DNA of 64,000 nt from Marsupella aquatica (Eukaryota > Plantae > Marchantiophyta), in the NCBI GenBank assembly GCA_973895155.1, contig OZ316894.1, forward strand, positions 7,588,234-7,652,233. The letters are read 5' to 3'. How positions within the stretch are numbered: the first letter of the stretch is position 1; every line of letters starts with the position of its first letter. This document shows positions 38,034-51,571 of the stretch, in pieces. The position numbers and the translations under genes were made by a program. The notes below the pieces were generated by a model. That model did not search any database. It saw only the letters and a list, made by a program, of their open reading frames with translations, and was not told where the DNA came from.

Positions 38034-40754
38034 ATGGGAAGTTTAGGCACACAAGCCAAGTCGCGACCTCACATACTCATTGTGCCGGTTGATGCTGCTG
38101 GACACTATTATCAACTGGAGAAGCTTCTGAAACTGTGCAGCAGCTATGGCCCGGGCGTCACCGTTACTTACGTCACCACAGAACCTAGGTGCTCAGAGCT
38201 GGCCAAAATGCATGCCAAGGGTGAATTCCATGGCATCGACTTGCGTCTGGAACCACTTTTCACAGATAGTTTACTTTATCTCCAAGATCTACATTTTCCA
38301 ATCCGGGTTGGATACGCATACGAGAAGTTTCGGAAGGAATTTGAACCTTTTGCCAACAAATTGATCGACTTGAAGGCCAAGGGTCTGCCGGGAGTCCCGA
38401 CTTGTGTGATATCGGATTGCTTACTATATTTTGCTGGGGTACTGTATATCTTGTCCATCCTACAGACGTAGTAAACAGAAATCTAGGAGAGCTGTAGTGG
38501 TCACCGAACAACCATCACTTCATTTCGTTTTGGAAGATTTGAATCTCTACAGATCGAACGAGTGTAGAACAGATAAAACTTTGGAGGGATCTGGTGGTAG
38601 AACGCTGACAGAGTATGACCTGAAATATTGACAGTAGCAAGGATCTGATTGTGGGAAAACATTTGAGATGCAGGAGCTGGCGATTCAATTGGATGTACCG
38701 TGGTATTCAATCTATGTCCCAAGCCCAGCATTTGCAGCGGTCACCTGTCTTGCAGCTTCGACGGTGTCAAAAGAAGCCTTGCACCCCTTTGAATCCCCTA
38801 GACGACACGAGATGTTGGATATCCCTGGCTGCCAATTTGCAAGGGTTCGAGATATTTACGTGGAGAACATGCAGTACCCAGACTATTGGAACTACCATTC
38901 TGAAATAATGACTAGAGCCACAGGACTTGTGTTTAACGTTGCAGAAGAGCTGGACGCCCCTGCTGGAACCCTGGACGCTATTAGGGTCGAAACTGAGCTC
39001 AGGGCCAGAGCTGCTAATCGGCAGGTAACGTTACTTGCATTTTCCGTCTCTTGAAGGGCATATGCCTTGATCCCCAACGTCGTCAATGAAGCCAGAACAG
39101 ACGGAATGATCGAAGGACCAACCAGGGCATGGGTCCAATAACGAACGCTAATTACTTTATAGAAAGCGTAGACCCTGCTTCGGATGCTTTCAATTCGGGT
39201 ATGCATATGCACTCAATTTGCTGTTATATGGTTTAGGGACAACGAATGTACATTTCTGGACGTAGTTCGTCTAGTGGTACTACGCGTCTATGTAACCAGG
39301 TCGCAGACCTCTGATTTTCACCTACAAGAATCGGAGGTCTATAGTGTATCTTTAGATCAAGAAGTGTCTCTCCGGTTTCCTTGGGTGAAAAATGGTCAGT
39401 AGACATGTTAGGCGATATATGTAGTGTAATGCCTCTGATTGCGGTGCGATTGTGCAGCCTCCGAAGGTCTTTGCAATCGGTCCGCTTTTGAACTTTCCTG
39501 GCTTCACAGGCTCTCGCAGCAGCAACGTGGAAGAAGCAGTCTCTTCCCCAGTATTCGAATTCCTAGACTCTCATCCCGCCTCCTCTGTTCTTTACATTTG
39601 CTTCGGGTCCTTAGCCAACATTTCCCCAGACTCACTGACTGAGTTGGCTCATGGACTCGAGGCCAGCGGAGTGCCTTTCGTGTGGGTTATCAAATTCGTT
39701 ACTACATTGGACGGGGCAACTCTCCCTCCCGGATTCAAAGAGCGAACAAAAGGGCGAGGCTACATCGAAGAAGGATGGGCACCACAAGCACAGATTCTAC
39801 TGCATCCTTCCACCGGCGGTTTCCTGTCCCATTGTGGTTGGAATTCTGTTCTGGAAAGTTTATGTAGTGGAGTGCCGCTCGTTACTTGGCCGGCTTCTTT
39901 TGATCAACCCCTCGGCGCGAGGTGAGATATTTACACGTCTCAATGCTCTCCTAATTCCCAAGTGAATGCAGATCTGGTAGATATGTGCTTTCCTCTATCC
40001 AATTGTTCGAATCTTTCTTCGTCACGGTGCTTTACGGAGAACTTGACCAGCCTCTTTGGTTATCCCAAAACCATGCGTTGAAGTTCATTGAAAAAGTTGT
40101 AAGTTGAGTTGCCTCTCGAATCATTTATTCCATTTGTAAACCTTTGAAGTGGACTAATTTCGTGTTCAAGTTTCCTAAGTACCTTTTCTTGAACTCTTAC
40201 CCAAGTGAGGGTCTAAACTCATCTATATTTACAATTTCCTGCTGTACTATCTATAATTTTGATCCCTCTTATTGCTAGACTGAGTGATGGTGTTGCCCAT
40301 CTGTAGTCTTAATTTAGATTAAATTTTTTTGGCTCAATGCAAAAAGCTAGCAAAAGTGTTCAAATAGCTCTGAAAAGAATGAGCACCTGCTCTTTCTGAA
40401 GCTCAGGTTGTGGACCTTTTTTTAATACATAGAATATAAAACACAAGTGTGAACATGCACAATCTGAGCTGAGGATGCAATAATTCTGGATGGTGCAGAT
40501 TCGTGGAAAACATCGCAAAGAGTGGTGTATGTGTAAAGGACTACATGCCAGGAGATGAAGTGCTCCTTGTGCCCTCAAGGGAAGATGTGGGCAGGGCAGT
40601 GAGGCTCATAATGGTTGACGAGAAAGGAAATGAGTTTAGGAAGAATGCTAAAAAGTGGAAGACTGTCCTGACTGCAGCTGTAGAGGAAGGTGGTTCTTCG
40701 AACATGGCCTTAGTGCAGTTACTGGACGAAATTTTGCTAAGGTCTGAAGGCTAA
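38034..40754 (+). CDS. Family-1 UDP-glycosyltransferase, copy C (491 aa); exons 38034-38438, 38674-39024, 39458-39921, 40499-40754
   Basis: Same intron positions as copies A and B. PSPG WAPQAQILLHPSTGGFLSHCGWNSVLESLCSGVPLVTWPASFDQ. Head-to-head with copy B. Confidence 0.95.
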
Positions 40755-41769
40755 GTCGAAACCCCGAATCTATGGTCATCTTTGCCACAGTATGACCACG
40801 CACACTGCAGAATCCTTTTGATGTCATCCGTGATCCCTTAGCTCTCAGAATTTGTGTCTAGCTTATCACTGAACGAAAGGACAAACTATGTCAGCCTTGC
40901 CAGGCAACACAATAGGTGGAAGTGAGGGACTCTAAGGGACATTCACATGAATTGCTCAGGGGCACCCTTAAAAGTTCTGGTTCCTTAGTCGAAAGAGTTT
41001 CAAAAGTGGTTTCCTGTTACCTAAATTGTAGGTGACGGAGCGAGCTAGAATTTGCAAGCCAAATATGGTTTGAATGGCGTTCTCATTTCACAAAATGTAT
41101 CATTGGTTCACTCTGTTCTCTGGAAAGTGTCCTAGATTATGGTACACAAACTACAGTAATTGTGGATGTAGCGACATCAAGTTGCCTCCCTCTGCTACTA
41201 CATGGTTTCAGCTGGCACTTGGTTTGTAGACGATCCAAGCTCAACTACCATTCAGCCCCATTGATCCCTGTCCAGCCCGACGGGAGTGTGGATGTGAGGC
41301 TGCAGAGCGAACGGCTCTTTGGTCTTCCTTAGTTTTTCCTTTGTTTTCTCCCCTTCATTGGGTTTCCTGCTCATGTGATTTGTCTCCTGTGTGGGTGGGT
41401 GCCTTTTATTTTGTTGGCAGTGTGATATAGATTCAGCCCTTCCCACCCCATAAATAGCAGGCACATTTTCAGACAACACTTATGTAACTTATTCATAAAC
41501 AACAGTTATTCTATGTATTCAGGAGTGTAATTTGGCACATTCCAAGATTACACTAATTTGAATTCATCACATTCAAACAAAAATTATATTGTAACATTTA
41601 GGATTATTGAGAGATTGATTGTTGAAAAGTAAGTTGGAAAAAGGACAAACACTGAATTCTGGGTCCGGAAGGTTCTCCCCAAATTCCACCTCCCCAAAAA
41701 ATGTTAGCCACTTTTGGCTAATATTTGCTAGATTTTTTTAACACCATTAGCCAACCGTCCACCAAATCA

Positions 41770-41970
41770 TGGACCCCATTAGCTAGAATCTAATGGTACT
41801 CCTTTTTGGTGGACCCCATTAGCTAGAATCTAATGGTACTCCTTAAATTTAGGGATATCTGATGGTCATGATTTAATTCAGTAAAATATGATAGAAAATA
41901 TTCCTAGAATCTACTCCCTAAGAGTAGAAAACAAAATATTCCTAGAATCTACTCCCTAAGAGTAGAAAAC
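41770..41970. repeat. Two short tandem duplications within a dispersed repeat
   Basis: ggaccccattagctagaatctaatggtactcctt occurs twice; aaaatattcctagaatctactccctaagagtagaaaaca occurs twice. Confidence 0.8.
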
Positions 41971-44900
41971 ATTCGCCACACTGGCTAAAAATTAAAAAAC
42001 CTTAAAATATGCTGGTTCCCCTGGCTCCCCTGTCCTCAATCTCCTTCAAGTGTTTTTAGCAATCTAGGACTCTTGGACTTAGGATTGTGCTTTACAGTAG
42101 TGAAAAGTAGATAGGCATATTGGTCGCGGTAAAGTGCATTACTTCATTAAAACCATTTGTTTCTCTTCGTTATCCAACAGGGCACAAGGAGCAATCAACC
42201 ACCAAGAAAACCTCCTTTTTTTTAAGTTTGCCACTAGCTTGATGCTGCATTGTCTATATTAGCTTTGACCAACTAAGACACGAAAAAGCCAAATTCTGCT
42301 CAATTAAGCTATTGTAGCATATTAATCTCAACTGCTGATCTAAGTATTGTTTGCTCAATCCATGTTTTTTTTTTCAAGTTTTTTTTTGGCTTGAATTTAT
42401 ACTCCCTCATCCTATGACTAAACTTCCCTCTACCCTAGCCCAGATTGCCCTTACCATTCTCAACACTTGGTGGGTCTCTCGCTTGCCTTGCTCCTGCCCC
42501 TCACCCTATGCTTTGGTCATAAATCCCCGCCGCTGCACTTTGCTGGCAATTTGGAAGAGCTCCTGACCAAATGATAGTAAATGCGTCTACTTCTAGTTCC
42601 CGCTCCAAATAGAATGTATTAAAATTTTGGACCTAACTAACAATATTTCAGAGTGCTTGTGAAATCTCCAAAGAATGATGTGGTATAAACTTTAATAATA
42701 GTGATGTGAACACTGGCTTTCCAGGGTACAGACCCATCTTTAAATGAATTAGTTTGTGGACCCCTATCTGTTGTGATTGTATGTGAGGTATGTGTTGGAC
42801 AATATATGTGAAATAGATAAATGTGTTATAAAAGGTGTGACAATGAACATATCTTTATTGAGACTACATGGTGGATCGAATCTGGAGGCTAGGCCAGCTG
42901 AAAATAGTGACCGAGCTGAATATATGAGCAAACCTCAACTAGTTCTGAAGCTGCAGCATGGTGCTCTGAGCTTGTTGCAATCCCAATCGCTTGGGAGTTC
43001 AGCTCTGGAGCCAGCAAAGGTATTTCAATTAGGAATCATGAGCACAATTGAAGATCTAATTGCAGGTTGGAATGGAAATGGAGCTTACCCGAGAACGTAA
43101 AATACAGCTCTCCTTTGGATCATCTAGAACACCTTTGAACAAAGACCGGACAAACTGCAGTTCAACAAAATCCTTGCCAGAATAGTTTTTCGACTCATCC
43201 AAAGCCAGCTATTTCAACAATGGATTTTAGAAAATAATGCAACACACTTCTCCACGGTATTGCTTAGAGTGAGTAAACCTATGTGTCAAGCTTAGGGCCA
43301 TCTACATTAATTCTCGCTTGTCTCAAGCGATTGCTGTCTGGTAGGTAGCGGTGGTGGCCAGAGTTGGTTCACAATTATCTTGTACGTATCTAGTGCGAGG
43401 CACTTTGGAACCCACGATGCCATCACAATTTAAACCATAGAATTGTCTAGGTTATCACTTTATCTCAATATGGTCAGTTCGCAAAACTTTGTTCACTAGA
43501 AGTCTAGTGTTTAGCATAGTTGTCAAGGTTTGGTCACGACAGATTCACGACGGAGACTTTCTAGTAGTCACAACAACTTTGACTATTGGGAACTGTACCG
43601 TGGTACTCCACCACCAGGACACCGACGCTACCACAGAATGGGCATTTGTTGTACGCCTAGAAGGATTCAATTTTTTTCAAGCAGTGGTGTTCAGAGTTGA
43701 TTGAGAGGCATTTAATTTCGCACCGAGGGGATTTCAAGTCCTCAAGAATAATTCTTATCTGAGTAGCTAGATTGCGCGATTGATCATACTTCCGGATGAA
43801 TGGAGCCTATGTAAGGGGAGGATCGCAGCATGGCCATTTGAAATTGTGTCATCTCGGAGCCTTCCTGTGCTTGTCTGATCTTGGGCACGGCGAAGACTAG
43901 GAGGCCCATTTATTAATTTTTTAGATAGCCATACTCTTGCATCTCTAAACAGAGCTCACTGCCAAAAAACTCACGAGTGTATCATCGATAAATTTCTAGC
44001 CGAGCTGCAAATTGTTACCCTTGAATTGTTTCTTTACCAGAAGTCCAGGAGAGACTCAAAGCATAAAGCCAGGTCAGCAATGAGAGAGAGAGCAAGGGGC
44101 GGCAGGCGAAGCAAGGAAGATTCTAACCAGAGCGTTTAATAGTCTCAACGCACTCCCTGTTCTCCCACTCGGCTGTGAAAGTGGAGTGGTTGAAGTATTT
44201 GCTTTAGCAGTGACTTAGTCCCGTGAACTTGGTGACCATTGGGTCTGTCTTGTCACTTTGAGATTGAAACACATTGTTGGTCTCCTCGGACACTCATTTT
44301 GTCATTTCATCGATTATTGCTATTCGAGACTTCGGTGTCTCATGACTTCATTGGACCCCTTCACATTCAATTCTTCCGTTTATTCAATCATTCTTTCCAC
44401 ATGTTGCGGATTTCGGTTATAAATCGCGGATCACATAGTCCCATTGGAATCCTTGGAGATCAATTGCTCTCATCCTTTCACCTTCGCAATCACATCCTGG
44501 CTAGTTTTGGTGTTTCCCTCCCCTCCTCTCTTTTGTTCAATCCAAAGTCGTCTCTCTATCATTGGTTGCCTCGCTTCTTGTGCTTCGTTGTGGAGCAAGA
44601 GTACTCAACCTCTTCATGGTCCAGTCAATGCCTCCGTCTTAGGTGAGGAGCAATGACGTCTTCCTGAATTCCCTTACTCTCAAATTTTTTTGATTCGATA
44701 TTCATTTGCAGATTGAAGCAATTTCCGAAATTCAATTCCGAGCAGCAATTTCAGAGCTCTCATTGAGGACTACAGTGATTTCCTCAAGAGAGAGTATCGT
44801 TTGTTAGCCATGACTGAGAATTGCTCTTCTGACTGCCTCTCGTGTGCGGATGAACTTGACCTTCCGCTAAAGAAAGAGAAAAAGAGAGAGTCAATCTTGG

Positions 44901-47900
44901 TTTGCACTCTCTGCACTTGTTGGGAAGGTTAGATGAGTATTCCATTACCTCATCGCCACTTCTTCTGTCCTTGAGCACGACACGAGGAAATGAGGAAACA
45001 CAAGGTTACCTTCTGCCACTGTGGGATTCTTAACTGTCATGCTGTGTTGCTTAATTTAATTACTTATTTATTATGGAATTGAAACCACAATTCACAAAAA
45101 AGGGTGGGCAGTTGGTTATTTGTGGTAAATAAAACTGAGTTGCGGGCCTACTCAGGGTAAATAAAACAGTTACTTTTGATTACTTTTCACATGAAGATTT
45201 ATGGCATGGCGTCCCCAATTTTACCAAAATCCTGTCGCAAACACAAATGTTAAAGTTATTTTATTTTGTAAACCAATTCGTACCTGTTTGCAATGCATCA
45301 TGATGACATGGCATGTTGTGGAGCGAGGAATTTTGGAAGGGACCTCTAGTGAGAAGAGTATTTGACGTGAATTACTTCCTTGGAATAAAGAATAAACTGG
45401 GGCGGTAATAGTTGATAAATGCGTCACTGAAGTTTACCCGAAACAATATACGGGTAAATAGCATTTTCAAATTTCAAATTCGAGGACGATGGCGGGCTTG
45501 ACCGGCTCGCAACGCGCCACCCGGGTAGGCCCCAACCAACCGGACCTCCGACAATTTTGACCGCGGTCACTTGGCCGGAGCTACTACTGTAGGTTCGGGG
45601 ATAGGTACCGGCTGTGTAGGTTCGGCGCTCCGTCGCTAAAGTACTTATCGTCCCGCTCCGTCAAGAGGTCGGCAGGTGGATCACAGAGCAAGTCCTCGAT
45701 CTGCTCCTTCACGACACACGTTTGGACTGTTTGGATTGCTGGCAGGCATTCGAATGACAGTTGGTTGTTAGTTACTGCTGTTTTGCAGTGCAGTTCAGCA
45801 CGTGCTGATTAGGACGAGATTGTGTTAGGAACCGCGATGACTGAAAATATAAGTCGAGCTTTTGTGAGAACGCAACAGTTGTTTTCCAGAAATTTTGGCG
45901 AAAGAAGCCTCGGTCAATTATTTTCCCAAGATTCTCAGCGCAAATAGATGATTATAAGAGTTCATCTCCCGGTTGCACAATTCCCCGCAATTCTCGTGTC
46001 CCACGTAATTTCTAAAGACGACAGAATTCCGTGCTTGTACTCCCCCAGAATTCTCATTGCAAACGGTCAAGTCAGACTCGGGCTAGTGAACCAGTAATGT
46101 AGGTCTTTTGACTCTTGGCTTCACTCTGCGGACAGAAGAAACAGGACAGTCGCTTTATCGCTTAGTTACAGGAATCTTTGCGATAATAAATAACACCCTG
46201 TTGGGCATCAAGCGATGCTCCATCATAGACTGATTGGAGTATCTGAATATTTCTAGCAGTCATGCTTTTACTTTCCATTTTGGTGCACCTGTACCATATT
46301 TACAAATGCCGGGAAGCTCTGGCCAGAACACCTGGGCCCTACAAGGCCTGTCCATGAGTGTAACACACCTTCCAGCGTTAGCTCACAATGCCATTTATAG
46401 TGGCCTGAATGAATGACAAACTTGTTCTTCTTTACAAAACTCGGTATTGTAGATTAAATGAAGGGCGATGTTGCTCATTTTTACAAAGCCCTGCATTGTG
46501 GAATGCTGATATGAACAGACTTGCTCACTCGTTCTGGAGCGTTACTAGTACGCAAAACCTAGACCAGTTCCTTTCTCAGCTTTGTCGGAAACTCGAACAA
46601 GTGTGACTTTCGGCCAACCAAACACCGCAAGTGCTGTGAATGGAGGCCTGTTTGTCGAGGAACAGTGCTCACGGGGTTCATCCTCTTTAGATTTTGGTCG
46701 GTTACTTCTAGTGCTCGTACACTGCAATGATACTGCTGATGAGGTCAACCTGGTTAAGTGAAACTATCCAAGAATTAGTTTTGGTTACTTTTGGTGCTCG
46801 TTCCTTGCAAGGTTGACGAGGTTTAGGGCTTTCAGGGTTAGGTATTTAGGGTTTATGCTATTTAGATTAAATTGGCCACCTCTTGAGGGAATTGGGGAGC
46901 ACCTGTAGGGTGCCCTGCCTTACAACAAGGCAACCCCAAGGCGTGACATACGGAGCCGAAGTAGCAAGCTACGTCATTGGCCCCGCACCCTGTAGAACAT
47001 TAGACTGTGTCAATGTTGATCGTCCCCTAACCAGAAGAACTGATTAGAGTGGGGGTAACATATGATCTCAGCCTAATGGGGACACAGAAGGGCACTCTCT
47101 GTTTAAGTACCTTAGGGAAGTGAGCTGACTGTAGCCTGAACTTATGGTTTTTCCCTTACCATCTCTCCACACAAAGCTGAAAATAGCCTAAACTTATGGT
47201 CTTTTCATTACCAGCTCTCGAGAAAGAGTTGGAAATCGCCGACGGGTAAAGGGTGTACCGGAGGCCGGAGGGGGCCGTAGCCTAGGGACGGACCGAGGCA
47301 GAGCTTCACGACCGAACGAGGCACCGAGTGGACTGGTCAAAGGAACGAAGCGGATCCGAAGGGGGACGAGGCCTGGATGGACTGGGCACTGGGGACTGGG
47401 CAGGGCAGGGAAGGGCAGGGAAGGGCAGGACTGGGCGGGCGCCGTGCAGGGACACCCGCAGGGGCAGAGGGACAGGGCGACGGAGCGACTAGACAGAGGG
47501 GTCCAGTCGACGAACAGCGAGTGCCAGCCTACGCTTTCCTCTCTGCACGGGCGGTGAACAGGGACTCTGTCGGAGACTGGACTCTGGAGTACTGGACTGG
47601 GACATTCGCGCTTTGGCAGGTGCAATGCGCGTTGGAGGCATCTGAAGCTCTGACCAGGAGGGAGCACCCTGGTGGTGGAGACTGGTAAAGCAGCCAAGCG
47701 AAAAGCAATATGCATTATAGGATTGTACAGTAATTTGAGGGGGGAGGACGAGGAGGACGAGGAGGAGAAGGAGCAGGCCTAGTGTACAATAGCCTGTGGA
47801 GGCATTTGCTTTTGATTTGGTTCGTGATTTCCTGAAGAGGAGGAGCAGGAGGAGGAGGAGGCCTAGTGTGGAGGCCAGCAATTTCGTCGTCTCCATTGAT

Positions 47901-48496
47901 TGTAAGATTTGCGCTCCACCTTGGAGTTCGTGCGGAGCTGCGCTGGCCTGCGAGTATGTAGGCGGAGATTTGGAGAGAAGAGAGTCAAGGTTGCGGAGAA
48001 AGAAGACTGGCGTGGAGCTGGTATTTGGGTGCAGGGAGCGAGGAGACTGGCTGGCTGTGAGCTCAGAAGGGTCTCGTTCTGAGTCCTTCTTCTCTCGCTG
48101 TTGTCGTTCTCCGACTGCTTGCTGCCTTCGGGGTCTGCATTTGTGCAGGTGATTGATTGATGACGGAGATTGTAGTGCCAAGGAAATACATTCTGGTGAC
48201 CGGCATTGCGCAGGACTTGCAGGTGTCAGAGAGGAGACGGAGGAGTTTTTGAAGTTTCTTCGCCTGCTTGCATGTTCTGAATCGTCAGCCTGGTCTCCTG
48301 CGTTTCAAGAAGGGCGCATTTGTTCGACTCTGTGTTGTTTGCATCCTCCACCGGTCGTCAGATATGCGATTGGATTTTGTCAAGTGGTGAATTTGTTTGC
48401 CCAATCTTTTGTAGTCCGCTTGACGAAGGGCTCCGTTGATTCTGTCCGAGGAGCGGTTTGGAGAACGGGTAGAGAACAGAGGAGAAAGGGGCAGTC

Positions 48497-48898
48497 ATGA
48501 AAGATAGACACGGAAGCCTCGTTCTGCCACGGTATAATAGTGCTGCGTCAGGTTCGGGGACCTTGAGCCCAAGCACGAGCCCGAGCACGAGTCCCACTGG
48601 TTCCCAGAGAGAAGTGTCGCTGGAGCGGGGAGACTCAATTCTGCTCGACATCGAGGAAGGAGCAGAGACGGGAGATGCATCTGGAAAGAGGCAAGCGACT
48701 TGGTGGCAACCGAGTATGATTGCCTCGCCTTTCAGGTCTGCTGTCGTCTCCAACCTCGGCTCCGCAGTGAGCACTGGCTGGAGCAGAGCGCGTAGTGCCG
48801 TGGTTGGCTCGTCTTTAACCTCGTACATTCGTCGCGTTCCCGCATTGGAGAAGCCGTTTGATCTTAGGGAAATGCCCAGCGGCTCCAACAATATATGA
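48497..48898 (+). CDS. 133-aa Ser-rich ORF ending in a CLE/TDIF-like motif; function unknown
   Basis: ATG-initiated ORF after a long GA/GC-rich leader-like region. C-terminus is REMPSGSNNI*. Confidence 0.45.
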   Translation: MKDRHGSLVLPRYNSAASGSGTLSPSTSPSTSPTGSQREVSLERGDSILLDIEEGAETGDASGKRQATWWQPSMIASPFRSAVVSNLGSAVSTGWSRARSAVVGSSLTSYIRRVPALEKPFDLREMPSGSNNI

Positions 48899-50640
48899 AA
48901 TGCGATGAAGCCCGTAACTATTCGTCGACACTCTCTCTGAACACCAATCATTGACGGAACGAAAGCATCATTTGCCAATGGCTCCTTCTCTACTAAAGTA
49001 TATGTGAGGTTTCTTGTGAATGCACCATGAAGGACTAAGCTTAAGCATCTCTACGAGCGGATTCGCCGAGTAAATAACCCCTTGCCATTTATGCAATTTT
49101 GGGCCTTTGGTTTCGGAGAGAGGAGATGGATTGCAGGGCGCGGCAGCAGCAGCAGCAGCAGCCATAGGAAGCTGTATTGCTACGATTGTCCCACTCAATC
49201 AACAAGGCACTATTATGTCATCGACTGTCCTCTATAGCTAGAGAGACTAGGATAGAGAGTGATATCAGGTCTGTAAAGAGATTACTATCGTGGGAGACTT
49301 TTTCTCCGAAGAACATTTCGGTTGGAAATGTACGAACAGAAGTGTGACCGTAAGCGCATCTGTCCACCAACGCTGACAATGTGAAGAGAAACTTTCGTCA
49401 CAATGTGTACCGTTGGTGCAGACGGAGTGAACCTGTCAATTACTATGGAGCGCATCAATTATTCTTTCAGCATGCAGTCGTACCTCATTCTTTGCAAATA
49501 CATTGTGCGGAGGACGATCGACTCCGGACCACATTGTAGGCAGATCCAGAGTCGTCGCTGCATGTTTCTTAGCAAAATGAACATTGTAGACAATATAGGG
49601 TGATTACTCGTTCCACTTGCTTGTCTTGCTTAATGCGAACGAGCACGGTTCTCTTGTCAGTGGTTGGAGGGTAAGCAACAAGTAGGCGTGTCCAGTTTTC
49701 ATTCTACAGAAGGGAGCCTCGGACCATTAACTTGTAATCTTTGATCATGATACCGGTATTGTTTATACGAAATTCGGTTCTCAAGAGAGTTCAGCACTAG
49801 ACATGCTTAGGATGCTGTCAATTGTCTATCGCATTGTCCAATAATATGCCGGATCTGTGATGCTTCCAGTCGGTGGAGTCCAATCGCGATTGATCGCCAA
49901 GTTTGGTGAAATTATTTGTGATGTGTTTCTGTTGACATTTGTGTATTTCCCCTTTCTTAATGTCGCCGAATTTCTGAGGAGTTGGGTTTCACGAGTTGAA
50001 TGAGCCTTTCATTGGGTATACCTCTACCTGTCCTGCTCAGATAACGAGGTCTTCCTTGACTGCAAAATCCAAGCGTAAACAAAAATTGGCAGCTCTGCAG
50101 AATGTTCTTGGCAGTGTCCCTTGGGCTTTTGAAAACTGGAGGCAGTGAAGGACCGGATTAGCATTACGGAATTAGATGATTAATACAGTTCCGAATTATG
50201 AACAGATGGACTCGATTTCGACGACGAGGATAAGGAATGGAAAGTTGACGGGCCAGAACGTAGGCATGTCGCTACTTTCTCGTGAAAATTCGTTGACATG
50301 GTTTCATGTCAGTGCGCTGATACGCAAATGAATAAACTACTATTGCGTCGTGAAGCGCACGGGTAGGGTAGTGACCAGAGTGTAGGCGGCCATACCAACA
50401 TCGCTCTGAGTGGTTCTTCCCGAATAATAAGTCCAACAAAGACAACCTATCGAACCGTGGTCTGCAGCCGAAACAAGCCTCGTCACATTTGGCACGCTCA
50501 CACCCAACGGGGCAACGCCAAAACGTTAACTTCCGATGGACGACAGCTTCAAGGGGTCGTTAGCCGTATCCCGATCCTAACAATATCAACTTCCAAATGA
50601 GATTCTGCACTGCTATGTTCGCATTGTTTACTCCTGAACG

Positions 50641-50820
50641 CGCCAATTTACACAGGTCAGGACTCAGGCGCGTCAGTTTGTCCATTGTTCATGAAGTTTT
50701 ACACTTACACTTCGTCTGGTAGTCTGGTAGTACCAGCCACCGCCAATTTACACAGGTCAGGACTCAGGCGCGTCAGTTTGTCCATTGTTCATGAAGTTTT
50801 GCACTTACACTTCGTCTGGT
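50641..50820. repeat. 80-bp near-identical duplication, 100-bp period
   Basis: cgccaatttacacaggtcaggactcagg...cttcgtctggt at 50641 and 50741. Confidence 0.9.
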
Positions 50821-51344
50821 CCTGTACCAGCCACCAAACAGTCCAATTGCAATTTGCATCGGCCCATGGTTTACAAATTACAATTGTATTGGCGACAGCG
50901 TCCGCAAATGGGGAGCCAGGAAAGTGCGGATTCCTTGGCGATGTTCGCAGCTGATTGAGGGGAAGCGCACTGATTGACCTCCTATAAGACAAAGGATGTT
51001 AGGCCAGCACCTTTTCACCAGCCTATCCAACCGTGCTCCCAAGGTACAGGGACAATACATGTGCACCAGAGCTTTACATGCATGATCAGTCTGATTGCAA
51101 CTGCGGGACCGGCGTCATAAAGTAGTTTGCTCTTCCAGCTGCTCGAATCTCTCTGTACCAAGGAGGCCGTGGGAGAAGGCACTGAAGAAGAAGAGGTGGA
51201 TGCCGTCCTCCCTGACTTCTGTTCAGTCTGCATCCAGGGCTGCCATACATAATGGTTATGGACAATGCACGTTTGGCCGACTACAGCAGGATCTTCTTTT
51301 GCGGATGAAGAAGGTATTCTTTAGAGGGATGGCAGTATGATTTT

Positions 51345-51571
51345 GAAGCTCTTCACTTAGGGGGTGGCTTTACAAGAAGATCCTATTCTCCTTCGCTTTT
51401 AGAGGATGGCACTAAGATTTTGGAGCTCTTTGGCTTTACAAGAAGATCCTGTTCTCCTTTGCTTTTAGAGGGATCGCAGTATGCTTTTGGAGCTCTTCAC
51501 TTAGAGGGTGATTTTACAATTCTGGAGCTCTTCACTTAGAGGGGCTTTACAATTCTGGAGCTCTTCACTTA
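51345..51571. repeat. Tandem amplification of a MITE left junction
   Basis: About 5 copies of gagctcttcacttag(a)gggg(t)ggctttacaa, i.e. target site plus TIR start. Confidence 0.75.

Noticed and set aside
46819-46856. Telomere-like TTTAGGG motifs
   Set aside because: Only 2-3 degenerate units; at most telo-box-like and not an interstitial telomeric array.
47489-48181. 230-aa minus-strand ORF with two poly-Leu stretches resembling signal peptides
   Set aside because: The Leu runs come from a duplicated (GAG)n-GCCTAGTGT microsatellite in what looks like the GA-rich leader of the plus-strand ORF; no family motifs.
48358-48978. 206-aa minus-strand ORF
   Set aside because: Antisense shadow of the 48497-48898 ORF with a non-ATG start and no recognisable motif.
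50200-51250. Possible decayed F-box/kelch-type gene on the minus strand (LPLNQLR, IVICKPW, CKLAVAG)
   Set aside because: Similarity is limited to short motifs in broken frames and cannot be supported without an alignment.
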